This document shows positions 46,627 to 55,634 of a DNA stretch of 64,000 bases, piece by piece. Within the stretch, counting starts at the first letter, position 1. Each line of letters starts with the position of its first letter. Below the pieces are notes generated by a model that saw only the letters and a list, made by a program, of their open reading frames with translations, made no database searches and was not told the origin of the DNA. The stretch lies in sequence record MG592456.1, one strand, 5' to 3'. Position numbers and translations under genes: made by a program.

Positions 46627-48702
46627 ATGATTATACAAACACCAGAATCTACTGTCCAAACCAGCGGGAAAATGCGTACTGCTGGTTTTAAAATGAAAGC
46701 CAGCGCAAAAGGCTTCCGCATTATTTCAACCACGCTTTACAAAGATCCGATCTTAGCGATCGTACGTGAAATCACGTGTAATGCATGGGATGGTCATCAA
46801 GCCAACAAAAACACGGATACTCCAATTCAAGTTCATTTACCGAATGCACTTGAGCCATGGTTTAGTGTGAAAGATTTCGGTTGTGGTATGTCGGATGATG
46901 AAATCTTCGGTGTGTATACAACTGTGTTCGACTCAACCAAAGACGGCGATAACGACGCTATTGGTGCGATGGGACTTGGTTCCAAGACGCCATTTAGCTA
47001 CAACAACGGTCAATCGTTCACTGTCAAGTCAATTAAAAACGGATTAAAAGCTGTTTACTCTGCCTATCTTGACAGAGGTGAGCCAGCAATCACGTGTATG
47101 TCGGAGCCAACTCCCACCGATGAACCAAATGGTGTGGAAGTCATAGTTCCTGTGCGTGCTGATGACTTCGGTCGATTCCAACGCTGTGCTGAAGCAGTAC
47201 TGCCGTACTTTGAATCGCCTAGCGTTGAATGCAACTATGACATGCCAGATCTTAATTTCACTGAAATGAATGGTTATAAAACGCGAGAACGCTGGTCTGG
47301 TACTGCTGTATATGCGCTGATGGGAAATGTGTGTTATCCGTTGAACAGCGACTACATCAAAGACATGAGCCGGACGCGCAATTATTTCCGAAGCACTGGC
47401 ATATACATCGAATTTCCGATTGGCGATCTAGATGTGTCTGCGTCTCGTGAAGAGCTTCACTATGACGATCGCACGATCGCTAACATCAATGCCCGTGTTT
47501 CTGCTATCAATGAGAGTTTCATCGTTGATTCGCAAGCTTGGGTAGACGATCAGAATTTTGAGCACGAATCTAATGCATATCGCGCAATACAGAGACGATT
47601 CAGTGCCTATGTTGTCGGTGAGTTGATGTACAACGGGAACCCAGTGAACGATTATCGTGACGCGATGATGAAACATTTCGAGTTGCAAGGTAAAGTCGTT
47701 ATCTACCGACCGGCGCGTGATACTATCGAAGGTGCCCGACGCAGAACTAGCTTCAGTCGCACAAGTTGTATATTGAGTGCTGAACATGATTATATCAAGG
47801 ACCCACTGAAAATCATTGTTGATGATTTGAAAACAGGTGGTGTTGGCATTACCAAGACATATGTCAAAAACACTGGGACCAGTTGCTACTATCATCATGA
47901 CGGCAAACCGTCAACAACTGGTACATTAGAGCTATTGACTGAACGTTTGCGACCTGAAGAGTTCACGATACTCAAGACGAGTGACTTAAAAGCCGAATAC
48001 TCACCGCCAAAAAAGGTGCGCGTACAGGCTCCAGTATCACCAACGATTCAACTGTACAAGTATACACTTGACGATGGACTTCGAACGGCTAACGTTGATC
48101 GTAATGTATTGAAGAATGATAATATTGTGTACGTGAGTATGTTCCGCGATATTATTGAACGGACGGTCGGTAGAGAACATGGCCCTACCCTATCTAGCAC
48201 TCAAGCTATGATGAGTACTATCATGGAGATGCGTGGTATTGATGTGATTTATGTTGCTCGACGCTCTGAGATTAAAACACTTGTTGGGAACAAAAACGCA
48301 GTGAATTTCTTCGATATGAAGTTTAACAAGGCGGAATTGCGTAGTAAAATCAACTGGAAATCATACATACTTTCTCGTGGGCTGTCATATCATTCATACA
48401 GTTTGCGACATAATGATGCATGGCGTAATAGTGAAGTGCGAAAACACTTTGGTTATGGACGTTCTCATCAAAGCCGACATCAAGAGCGCGGTAATCTAGA
48501 CTTATGCTGTGATTACTTCTCAGATATTAAAGCGATGCGAGAAGTCGTCGAGCCACAAATCGATGAGAAGATTTGCAAAATTGAGAAACAACCAAAATAT
48601 GAACTGCTGTTCCGTCTAGTTGACGATGACACTCGCGACACAGATGCAGCAGAATTGATTACTATATTAAAAGGAAGACGCAATGGTAAACCTACCAATT
48701 GA
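46627..48702 (+). CDS. rIIA: rIIA protein
   Basis: LYKDPILAIVREITCNAWD (GHKL), DFGCGMS, IGAMGLGSKTPFSY, SREEL. Confidence 0.92.
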   Translation: MIIQTPESTVQTSGKMRTAGFKMKASAKGFRIISTTLYKDPILAIVREITCNAWDGHQANKNTDTPIQVHLPNALEPWFSVKDFGCGMSDDEIFGVYTTVFDSTKDGDNDAIGAMGLGSKTPFSYNNGQSFTVKSIKNGLKAVYSAYLDRGEPAITCMSEPTPTDEPNGVEVIVPVRADDFGRFQRCAEAVLPYFESPSVECNYDMPDLNFTEMNGYKTRERWSGTAVYALMGNVCYPLNSDYIKDMSRTRNYFRSTGIYIEFPIGDLDVSASREELHYDDRTIANINARVSAINESFIVDSQAWVDDQNFEHESNAYRAIQRRFSAYVVGELMYNGNPVNDYRDAMMKHFELQGKVVIYRPARDTIEGARRRTSFSRTSCILSAEHDYIKDPLKIIVDDLKTGGVGITKTYVKNTGTSCYYHHDGKPSTTGTLELLTERLRPEEFTILKTSDLKAEYSPPKKVRVQAPVSPTIQLYKYTLDDGLRTANVDRNVLKNDNIVYVSMFRDIIERTVGREHGPTLSSTQAMMSTIMEMRGIDVIYVARRSEIKTLVGNKNAVNFFDMKFNKAELRSKINWKSYILSRGLSYHSYSLRHNDAWRNSEVRKHFGYGRSHQSRHQERGNLDLCCDYFSDIKAMREVVEPQIDEKICKIEKQPKYELLFRLVDDDTRDTDAAELITILKGRRNGKPTN

Positions 48703-49774
48703 AGTAAAACAAGCGATTGTTCGTGATGCAGCGAATGGTATGACTCAGAAAGACAACGCAGCGAAGAATGGTACATCGTGTACCACGCTTCGACGTGTAT
48801 TAGCAGAGCATCGCGAAGGCAAATTCAGCTTGAATACTGCAAAAAACGTTGCTTTGGCTGCTAAGTCGAAGCGAAAGGCGAAATCTCCTAAAGCCTCGAA
48901 GCCTAAGTCGAAGCGAAAGGCAAAGGCGAAAGCAGTTCCGTCGGCCGTTGCTGAAGCGTCGGATCAGTTCAATAAGAACTTAGCAGCAATGATTGCAGAG
49001 CCAAAGTCCGATACTGTTGCTGAAGTGTCTGCTAATATTGTTGACGATACGAAAGAGCCGGTCGAGAAGTTTGCATACGTGATTACGCCAATGAATGTGT
49101 CGTTTACCGTCGATGGTGATGCGTATTCTGCTGACATCACGACCAAGAACTATCAAGACATTGTGCTTGCATTACTGTCTGGCGACGGTGCAGGGGCGAT
49201 TGCATTACTTGATATTGCTACTGGCATTGAAGAATTCATGCAAGGTCACGTGAGTGTTAAAGGTGGTGTGGTCAAATACAGAAATCTAGCCGTTGATGGC
49301 GGCATGACAGGTCGTATTCTCGAAGCAATGGCAGCAGGTGATGAGACAAAGGTTGCAGTTATGGTTAAGTTCTTCGAGAACTTGATTCAGAATCCATCTG
49401 AGCGTGCTATTAACGAGCTGTATGGGTTCTTAGAAGCTACGGACATCGAATTGACTGATGATGGTCACTTCTTAGCGTTCAAGCGTGTTAGAGACAATTA
49501 CACTGACGTTCATAGTGGTAAGTTTGACAACTCACCGGGTCAAACTGTGTGGATGCAGCGACATCATGTTGATGACAACAAAGAACAGACTTGTTCAAGT
49601 GGGCTGCATGTATGCGCGAAGAGCTACTTGCCGTACTTCAGTGGTGCTCGTGTTGTCATGTGCAAGGTCAACCCGCGTGATGTAGTGTCTGTACCCGTCG
49701 ATTACAACAACGCGAAGCTCCGCTGTAATGAGTACACCGTGACTCATGAATGCAAGCCAAGCGAATACGCATAA
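48683..49774 (+). CDS. rIIB: rIIB protein
   Basis: FFENLIQNPS, ELYGFL, DGHFLAFKRV, CSSGLHV, PRDVVSVP. Confidence 0.93.
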   Translation: MVNLPIEVKQAIVRDAANGMTQKDNAAKNGTSCTTLRRVLAEHREGKFSLNTAKNVALAAKSKRKAKSPKASKPKSKRKAKAKAVPSAVAEASDQFNKNLAAMIAEPKSDTVAEVSANIVDDTKEPVEKFAYVITPMNVSFTVDGDAYSADITTKNYQDIVLALLSGDGAGAIALLDIATGIEEFMQGHVSVKGGVVKYRNLAVDGGMTGRILEAMAAGDETKVAVMVKFFENLIQNPSERAINELYGFLEATDIELTDDGHFLAFKRVRDNYTDVHSGKFDNSPGQTVWMQRHHVDDNKEQTCSSGLHVCAKSYLPYFSGARVVMCKVNPRDVVSVPVDYNNAKLRCNEYTVTHECKPSEYA

Positions 49775-49784
49775 GCAATATATT

Positions 49785-49821
49785 AAAAAGGTTGACTTCG
49801 GTCAACCTTTTTGCGTATTAT
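49785..49821 (+). terminator. Terminator containing the -35 of the next promoter
   Basis: AAAAAGGTTGAC-TTCG-GTCAACCTTTTT; TTGACT-18-TATTAT. Confidence 0.85.
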
Positions 49822-49851
49822 GCGTTATCGAAATCAAATGAGAACAATATT

Positions 49852-50382
49852 ATGACAGCAACAGAGCAACGTAGAGCTAATAGAGCGAACAAAACGGCTG
49901 AGACATACAATCACCTTCAACGTCAGTATATCGCTATGAAAGAGCGTTGTGCAGAGCTTGAAGCACAGCTTGAAGCACAGCTTGAAGCACAGTCTGAGTT
50001 CAGCCCATCGACATTCGACATCAACTTGCTTGATAGTGATGATCCACGTGTGCATATTCAAATGCTGCGCACTCTTATGGAAGAAAATCGTGAATTGCAA
50101 TCTACAATTGCCTATGAAGGTGTCGTTGAAGCGCATCATCAGACACTAATTGCCCAATTAAAGGCTGAGGTGAAATCGCAGAAGGCAGACCATGAGTTTT
50201 GGTTTGATGCTTACACGCGCTATCGTGAGAAAACAGATAGGTTGGAAAGTATTGAAAAGATCCTGACGCGACGTTGTTACGAACTGCAATCAGACGTTGA
50301 GGCGAACAACACCAAGAACATCTTTGGTGCGCTTGTTGCTTCTAGCATAACTGCTGTTGTAATGTTCTTTATTATGAAATAA
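49852..50382 (+). CDS. Coiled-coil protein with C-terminal TM (start re-assigned)
   Basis: GAGAACAATATTATG; AGCTTGAAGCAC x3 at 49955-49990. Confidence 0.7.
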   Translation: MTATEQRRANRANKTAETYNHLQRQYIAMKERCAELEAQLEAQLEAQSEFSPSTFDINLLDSDDPRVHIQMLRTLMEENRELQSTIAYEGVVEAHHQTLIAQLKAEVKSQKADHEFWFDAYTRYREKTDRLESIEKILTRRCYELQSDVEANNTKNIFGALVASSITAVVMFFIMK

Positions 50383-50395
50383 TTTCAGAAAGTGC

Positions 50396-50425
50396 TTGCT
50401 ATTATCATCATGATAGATGATAATA
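50396..50425 (+). promoter_or_regulatory. sigma70 promoter within a 10-bp inverted repeat
   Basis: TTGCTA-17-GATAAT; TATTATCATC/GATGATAATA. Confidence 0.75.
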
Positions 50426-50466
50426 GCTCTGTCGAAACAAAACAACTACTTAAAAGTGAGAAAAAT

Positions 50467-50796
50467 ATGACTTCAATCAATACTGTAAAACAACTTATCG
50501 TTGCTGATGACGCTGCAATTGTTAATCAATCTGAATTTCGCATTGCATTTGCATTTGCATTCGGTTGTATGACCGAATCAGATCGTACTGTGTTTGTTGA
50601 TATTCATAAGCCACTACTTGTTGAATATTTCTGTCCAAGTTACTGCACATCCGATGAAGTCGTATTGAGTTCTGACGCTGTACTTGATGCGATTGCTTAC
50701 ATCAAAGAATGTCTAACCATTCATGACTATGCGCTTCTTAAAACCGACTTTCAATTCAACATCGCACAGCTAACAGGTGAATTCAATGAAGTTTAA
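50467..50796 (+). CDS. Hypothetical protein (start re-assigned)
   Basis: GAGAAAAATATG. Confidence 0.7.
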   Translation: MTSINTVKQLIVADDAAIVNQSEFRIAFAFAFGCMTESDRTVFVDIHKPLLVEYFCPSYCTSDEVVLSSDAVLDAIAYIKECLTIHDYALLKTDFQFNIAQLTGEFNEV

Positions 50797-51445
50797 GTCA
50801 TACGATAGCTTCGGTGTTGTTGAATACAACATTGGGATGATCTTTGCTGGGCTGATGGCTTTATCATTCACAATCGCACTGACAGCAGCATCATTGCTAT
50901 ATCGATTTGAATCTGGGGCTGATGGTTCGAACATCAACAGCGCTGGAGACGCTCTGTGGACGATTTGGATGTCAATGAGTACGATTGGGTTCGGGGATCA
51001 TTATCCCGTCACTGTGGGTGGCAGAGTCATCGTAGGGTCTATGTTTGCAGTCGGTGCTACTCTAATCGGGTTAAACATTGGTATTGCATCGGCATGGGTG
51101 ACATCTAAGTTCGACAAGAGCGTTCAAAATCGCGTGTTGAAGCTGCAAAGCGATACATTGATACAGAAGATAGATCGTCTTGAGACATTCTTGAATGTAG
51201 ATCAGACCGTTTACTTTGGCCCTGATGCTCATGGGATAGATGAAACTCTTAAACAGAAGCAATTTGACGTTTCGCAAGGTAAAGCGATTGTTACGCTTGG
51301 ACGTGATGACGGTGGCAGATTCATTGTAGCTACTAATACACAGACTGACAGCGGAAGAAACAAGCTGAAATGGATCAGTTACTTGAAATTTGACGACGCA
51401 TTAGACTTTTACAATGACGTAGCTGTCGAATTAGACGCAGTCTAA
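50786..51445 (+). CDS. KcsA-like 2-TM potassium channel
   Basis: TM1, pore helix GDALWTIWMSMS, filter TIGFGD, YPVT..GR, TM2, coiled coil. Confidence 0.9.
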   Translation: MKFKSYDSFGVVEYNIGMIFAGLMALSFTIALTAASLLYRFESGADGSNINSAGDALWTIWMSMSTIGFGDHYPVTVGGRVIVGSMFAVGATLIGLNIGIASAWVTSKFDKSVQNRVLKLQSDTLIQKIDRLETFLNVDQTVYFGPDAHGIDETLKQKQFDVSQGKAIVTLGRDDGGRFIVATNTQTDSGRNKLKWISYLKFDDALDFYNDVAVELDAV

Positions 51446-51450
51446 CAAAT

Positions 51451-51484
51451 CGCAGACAGTAAAAAGGAGTCCGAAGACTCCTTT
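51451..51484 (-). terminator. Minus-strand intrinsic terminator
   Basis: Minus strand: AAAGGAGTC-TTCG-GACTCC-TTTTT-ACTGTCTG. Confidence 0.8.
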
Positions 51485-51554
51485 AGTGAAAGCGCGACGA
51501 TGTTTAACCAATCGCAGTGACCGACTACTGCTTTCGCATAGTCGAACTCTCACT
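51461..51554 (-). ncRNA. Candidate structured small RNA (three-way junction plus terminator)
   Basis: P1 AGUGAGAG/CUUUCACU; P2 CGACUAUGC-GAAA-GCAGUAGUCG; P3 GCGAU..AUCGU; no ORF. Confidence 0.5.
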
Positions 51555-51663
51555 TATATTTAGAACTATTGTACGCCCTATTACTCATAAAGAAGTACAA
51601 TAATGAGACGTTCGCACTGAAAATTAACTGAAGTGCTTGAAAAACAACTAAAGGAAAAAAATC

Positions 51664-52089
51664 ATGACACCGAAATCAATCTTACGCGCCGCTAACACCG
51701 TAGTGAAAGAGATCAAAGTCTTTCAAGGCGAGCGCACCACTACAGTAGTGGGTCGTGCGGGATGTGGTAAGAACGCAATGCTAATGGGAATGCTGTGTCA
51801 ACGCGGTGCTAAAGATTCAGTGTGGATTTCAACTGAACAAACACCCCTGCAAGTAGCACCAAAGCTGCCGAAGGACAACATCGTGGTCGGCGCTAATGAC
51901 CCATCATTAGAAAGTATAATCAAGGCTGTCATGATCGCATTGTCGACGGGTCGTAAGTATATCTTCATCGAGCACATGGTCTCTTACCGTGAACTGAATG
52001 TATTAGAAGTATTAGAAGCAATCGTGCCTAACGATGTACAATTGTTCATCGGCATGGCAGCAAACAGAGACGGGAGCGTCAAATTATGA
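51664..52089 (+). CDS. P-loop-like protein (possible NrdC.10-like)
   Basis: VVGRAGCGKN; adjacent to nrdC.11-like gene. Confidence 0.55.
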   Translation: MTPKSILRAANTVVKEIKVFQGERTTTVVGRAGCGKNAMLMGMLCQRGAKDSVWISTEQTPLQVAPKLPKDNIVVGANDPSLESIIKAVMIALSTGRKYIFIEHMVSYRELNVLEVLEAIVPNDVQLFIGMAANRDGSVKL

Positions 52090-53135
52090 AAGTACTATTC
52101 CAGAGCCTATTTGGTTCTAAATTATATGGCTGCGACACGCCAGAGTCCGATACTGATTACAAAACCATCTATCAGCCTGAACTATGTCTGCTATTGCGCG
52201 GACGTGACATCAAAAACAGTGTTGTGAGTACGGGCAACTCGAAAGGCAAGAACACTGTCGATGACGAAGACCAAGAGTTTATTCCGGTTCAGGTGTTCAT
52301 GCGTGATTTCCTTGGTGGTCAATCGTATGCTATTGAGCTTGCGTTCAATGCATTGTCAAACCCTAATGATTGTAATGATACGTTCCTACAGTTATGTCAA
52401 GAACTTACAAGCAATTACCTGACGTCGAATGTGAAATCCATGGTTGGATATGCGATCAATCAGGCTCAGAAGTATGGTATCAAAGGCACTCGACTTAATA
52501 GTCTGATTGAATTCAAGACACTAGTCGATGAACATGCAGGTGATATGAACCAAAAGCTTAAAGATAACACAGCTCTGTGTCAGAAGTTGCATGAGTTAGT
52601 CGAGACTGACCAACATGTTGAGTTTCTTCACTATCATGGGCCACTAACGACGGATCCTGCACACCTGTTAGACCCTGCTTTCTCTGTGCTTGGGAAAGTA
52701 TTCGGACTTGAAATTGACTTTACTGAAGCGACCAAACGTCTTGACAATATGGTAGGTAAGTATGGTAGTCGTGCGAAGCAAGCTCGTGTATCATCTGGCA
52801 ATGACTGGAAAGCGATCTCACATGCGGTTCGTGTCATCGATCAGGCGATTGATATCTTAGATCGCCAAGAACTTGTGTTCCCGTTGCGCAACGCTGAGTT
52901 TTATCGAGACATTAAGCTTGGTAAGTATGAGTGGGAATACATTTCAGAGGTGTTATCCGCGCGTATGCGTGTACTCGAAGCAAGCCAGCTCACAAGCACA
53001 TTGCCTGTTCATTCGCCAGAACTCGTTGCTGATTTCTATGAGTGGCATGACAGAAAACTTGCCATAATGTACGCTCCCGTTGACACGTTGCAGGAATACT
53101 TCGACGCGAAAGAAGAAGACGAGTTTAACTATTAG
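52086..53135 (+). CDS. nrdC.11: Pol-beta-superfamily nucleotidyltransferase, T4 NrdC.11-like
   Basis: FGSKLYGCDTPESDTDYK, KYGIKGTRL, YGSRA, DWKAISHAVR. Confidence 0.85.
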   Translation: MKVLFQSLFGSKLYGCDTPESDTDYKTIYQPELCLLLRGRDIKNSVVSTGNSKGKNTVDDEDQEFIPVQVFMRDFLGGQSYAIELAFNALSNPNDCNDTFLQLCQELTSNYLTSNVKSMVGYAINQAQKYGIKGTRLNSLIEFKTLVDEHAGDMNQKLKDNTALCQKLHELVETDQHVEFLHYHGPLTTDPAHLLDPAFSVLGKVFGLEIDFTEATKRLDNMVGKYGSRAKQARVSSGNDWKAISHAVRVIDQAIDILDRQELVFPLRNAEFYRDIKLGKYEWEYISEVLSARMRVLEASQLTSTLPVHSPELVADFYEWHDRKLAIMYAPVDTLQEYFDAKEEDEFNY

Positions 53136-53177
53136 TGTATTCGAATTTGAATACACTATTATCGAAGTGTATTCAAA

Positions 53178-53185
53178 TATAAATA
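53178..53185 (+). promoter_or_regulatory. T4 late promoter TATAAATA
   Basis: Exact consensus. Confidence 0.85.
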
Positions 53186-53210
53186 CGTTAAACTAACAAT
53201 GGAGTTTAGG

Positions 53211-53456
53211 ATGAAAGGTTTTAACGATTATCACAAGAAAGGCGAAGTCAAGCTTCAAGAAACTGAACAAGAGTTTCATGAACGTGTAGTCAAGCATCGT
53301 CAAGTGGACAGCAAACGCTATCCAAAAGTACAAGGTCTTGAGGGCCCGTACACTGACTTGAATGGCAAAGTGTACTACTATGATCCACGCGAGGGGCTTT
53401 ATTATGACCCAGACACGGACATTTACTTGAAAGCTAAAGACTTGCGCTTACCATAA
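53211..53456 (+). CDS. Small late protein with OCRE-like aromatic repeat (start re-assigned)
   Basis: MKGFNDY; YYYDPREGLYYDPDTDIY; GGAG RBS. Confidence 0.75.
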   Translation: MKGFNDYHKKGEVKLQETEQEFHERVVKHRQVDSKRYPKVQGLEGPYTDLNGKVYYYDPREGLYYDPDTDIYLKAKDLRLP

Positions 53457-53469
53457 GCGGTAAATCAAC

Positions 53470-53495
53470 AAAAAGCGCTTAATTGCGCTTTTTTT
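53470..53495 (+). terminator. Intrinsic terminator
   Basis: AAAAAGCGC-TTAATT-GCGC-T7-GTGTCTG. Confidence 0.8.
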
Positions 53496-53519
53496 GTGTC
53501 TGAAATATGAGGTGAGTGT

Positions 53520-53903
53520 ATGTTTAACCCGCGTGTGGTTGTAACAGGGGGCAGAGACTATAAAAACAGAAAACTTGTTTATGCAGCGCTCGATCGAATA
53601 TATAATAGTAACTACATAGGGCGTATGACGCTCATTGAGGGCGGTGCACTTGGCGCTGATAGATTTGCTCAAGACTGGGCTAAACAAGCTCACATCGACG
53701 TTACGCTGCTTACAATGGATGCTGATTGGGACAAATACGGTGACAGTGCTGGATTTCGTCGCAATGTCGACATGGTGAATCAATGTCCGGACATATGCAT
53801 AGCATTTAAAGGTGGCAAGGGAACGAAGGGCATGGTAGATCTATGTCGTGAGCGAAAGATCAGAACACATTTAATCGGATGGAGCTATCGAGCTTTATCC
53901 TAA
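53520..53903 (+). CDS. SLOG-family (DUF2493/YspA-like) protein
   Basis: VVTGGRDY, EGGALGAD, ADWDKYG..AG..RN, AFKGGKGT. Confidence 0.85.
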   Translation: MFNPRVVVTGGRDYKNRKLVYAALDRIYNSNYIGRMTLIEGGALGADRFAQDWAKQAHIDVTLLTMDADWDKYGDSAGFRRNVDMVNQCPDICIAFKGGKGTKGMVDLCRERKIRTHLIGWSYRALS

Positions 53904-55180
53904 CTCGTGAGGACTACAAATTGGGATTAACTAACTGCCAAGAGGGTGCATTGAATGCATTCATGGAATCTGAAGGCAACATGACCATTTCCGGGCCCGC
54001 TGGGTCAGGTAAAACATACTTGATGAAATCTATTTTAGAGGCATTGAAATACGAAAACGTTGCCATGGTAGCGCCAACACATCAGGCAAAGAACGTACTG
54101 CACAAAATGACTGGCTGTGAAGTGTCAACGATTCATAGCTTGCTAAAGATTCACCCTGACACATACGAAGACCAGAAGCATTTCAAGCAAGCTGGTGAAG
54201 TAGAAGGGCTAGAAGACATCGACGTGCTAATCGTTGAAGAAGCGAGTATGATCGATGATGAAATCTATAAGATCATGGGCGATACAATGCCACGCAAGTG
54301 TCGGATACTCGGTGTTGGTGATAAGTATCAGCTACAGCCTGTGAAGCATGACCCGGGTGTGATATCACCTATGTTTACTCGTTTCGATTGCTTTGAAATG
54401 ACTGAAGTTGTACGTCAAGCTAAAGACAATCCACTGATTCAAGTGGCTACTGAAGTGCGCGAGGGTGGTTGGTTACGTTCGAACTGGTCTAAAGAGAGAA
54501 AGCAAGGTGTTTTGCGTGTGCCAAGCGTCACTAAGATGCTTGACACCTATCTGTCCAAGATTAAAACTCCTGAAGATCTCATGGACTATCGCATACTAGC
54601 GTACACCAATGACTGTGTTGATACGTTCAATGGCATCATTCGTGAGCACATCTACAAAACATCAGATCCGTTTCATGTTGGCGAATATGTTGTTACGCAA
54701 GCACCCGTGATGGTTAGTGGTGGCAAATTTCCCGTGTGTGTCATTGATAACGGTGAAGTGGTTAAGATTCTCAACATCAGACAAGAAACAGTATCGGGCG
54801 GGTTGCCGGTTGTCGATGATGAAGTGTTCGACGTTGCTGTATTGACGATTGAAAAAGACTGCGGTAGCGTGTTTGAATTCACAGTGCTGTGGGACGATCT
54901 ACAGAAAGAGCGTTTTGCTCGTTATCTGTCTATCGCTGCGGGTACGTACAAGTCAACACGTGGTAATACTAAACGTTACTGGCGTGCGTTCTGGGCATTG
55001 AAAGAACAAATGATCGAGACTAAGTCACTTGGTGCATCGACTATTCACAAATCGCAAGGTTCAACAGTCAAAGGCGTGTGTATCTACACACCAGACATGG
55101 GATACGCTGACCCAGAGCTAGTTCAGCAACTTGCATATGTTGGACTGACTCGACCAACTGATTGGGCACTCTATCATTAA
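53879..55180 (+). CDS. dda: SF1B DNA helicase Dda
   Basis: GPAGSGKT, APTHQA, VEEASM, GDKYQL, VRQA, TIHKSQGST. Confidence 0.95.
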   Translation: MELSSFILTREDYKLGLTNCQEGALNAFMESEGNMTISGPAGSGKTYLMKSILEALKYENVAMVAPTHQAKNVLHKMTGCEVSTIHSLLKIHPDTYEDQKHFKQAGEVEGLEDIDVLIVEEASMIDDEIYKIMGDTMPRKCRILGVGDKYQLQPVKHDPGVISPMFTRFDCFEMTEVVRQAKDNPLIQVATEVREGGWLRSNWSKERKQGVLRVPSVTKMLDTYLSKIKTPEDLMDYRILAYTNDCVDTFNGIIREHIYKTSDPFHVGEYVVTQAPVMVSGGKFPVCVIDNGEVVKILNIRQETVSGGLPVVDDEVFDVAVLTIEKDCGSVFEFTVLWDDLQKERFARYLSIAAGTYKSTRGNTKRYWRAFWALKEQMIETKSLGASTIHKSQGSTVKGVCIYTPDMGYADPELVQQLAYVGLTRPTDWALYH

Positions 55181-55193
55181 TGTGAAATAATGC

Positions 55194-55233
55194 TTGACTG
55201 GATCGATATGAGGCTGTAATATGTCTCATATCG
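55194..55233 (+). promoter_or_regulatory. sigma70 promoter with -10 in the loop of an inverted repeat
   Basis: TTGACT-17-TAATAT; CGATATGAG/CTCATATCG. Confidence 0.8.
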
Positions 55234-55252
55234 CTTCACAACAGAGAATAAT

Positions 55253-55570
55253 ATGAAACTTCCAAAATTAAACTTAACCGAACGTCTTGAAGACGCGAGT
55301 ATCTACTTTGATATGGCGATGGAACACAAGAAGAAATTAATCTTCGTGCTTTTACTGTGTGTCGCTGCAATCTACGGTGCATACACTCGTATCCCAGTGC
55401 TACTATCATGCACATGGACGGCTGTTGTCGTTCAATCCGTCCCGTCCGATCTATGGCGTCACAATGCACTTGACAACACATGTCAGTATTATAATGGCAC
55501 ACGTTGGATTGACTTGAAGAAAGTCATGGACGTCGGGGTTGGTACAGACGAGCTTGAGGACGTACTATAG
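55253..55570 (+). CDS. Membrane-anchored hypothetical protein
   Basis: GAGAATAATATG; one TM. Confidence 0.7.
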   Translation: MKLPKLNLTERLEDASIYFDMAMEHKKKLIFVLLLCVAAIYGAYTRIPVLLSCTWTAVVVQSVPSDLWRHNALDNTCQYYNGTRWIDLKKVMDVGVGTDELEDVL

Positions 55571-55634
55571 CGTCATAAATTTGACGTAAGTCAACAAAAG
55601 CATAACATTCACTAAACATTGAGAATAAATAACT

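Noticed and set aside
51485-51554. Identification as tRNA, hammerhead ribozyme or c-di-GMP-I riboswitch
   Set aside because: No D/T-arm order or CCA; no CUGAUGA core; lacks the GCAAAC and GACGCAAAG junctions
51567-51602. TATTGTAC/GTACAATA inverted repeat as a TTGTAC..TACAAT promoter
   Set aside because: The spacer is 21 bp, too long for sigma70; only the -10 halves remain plausible
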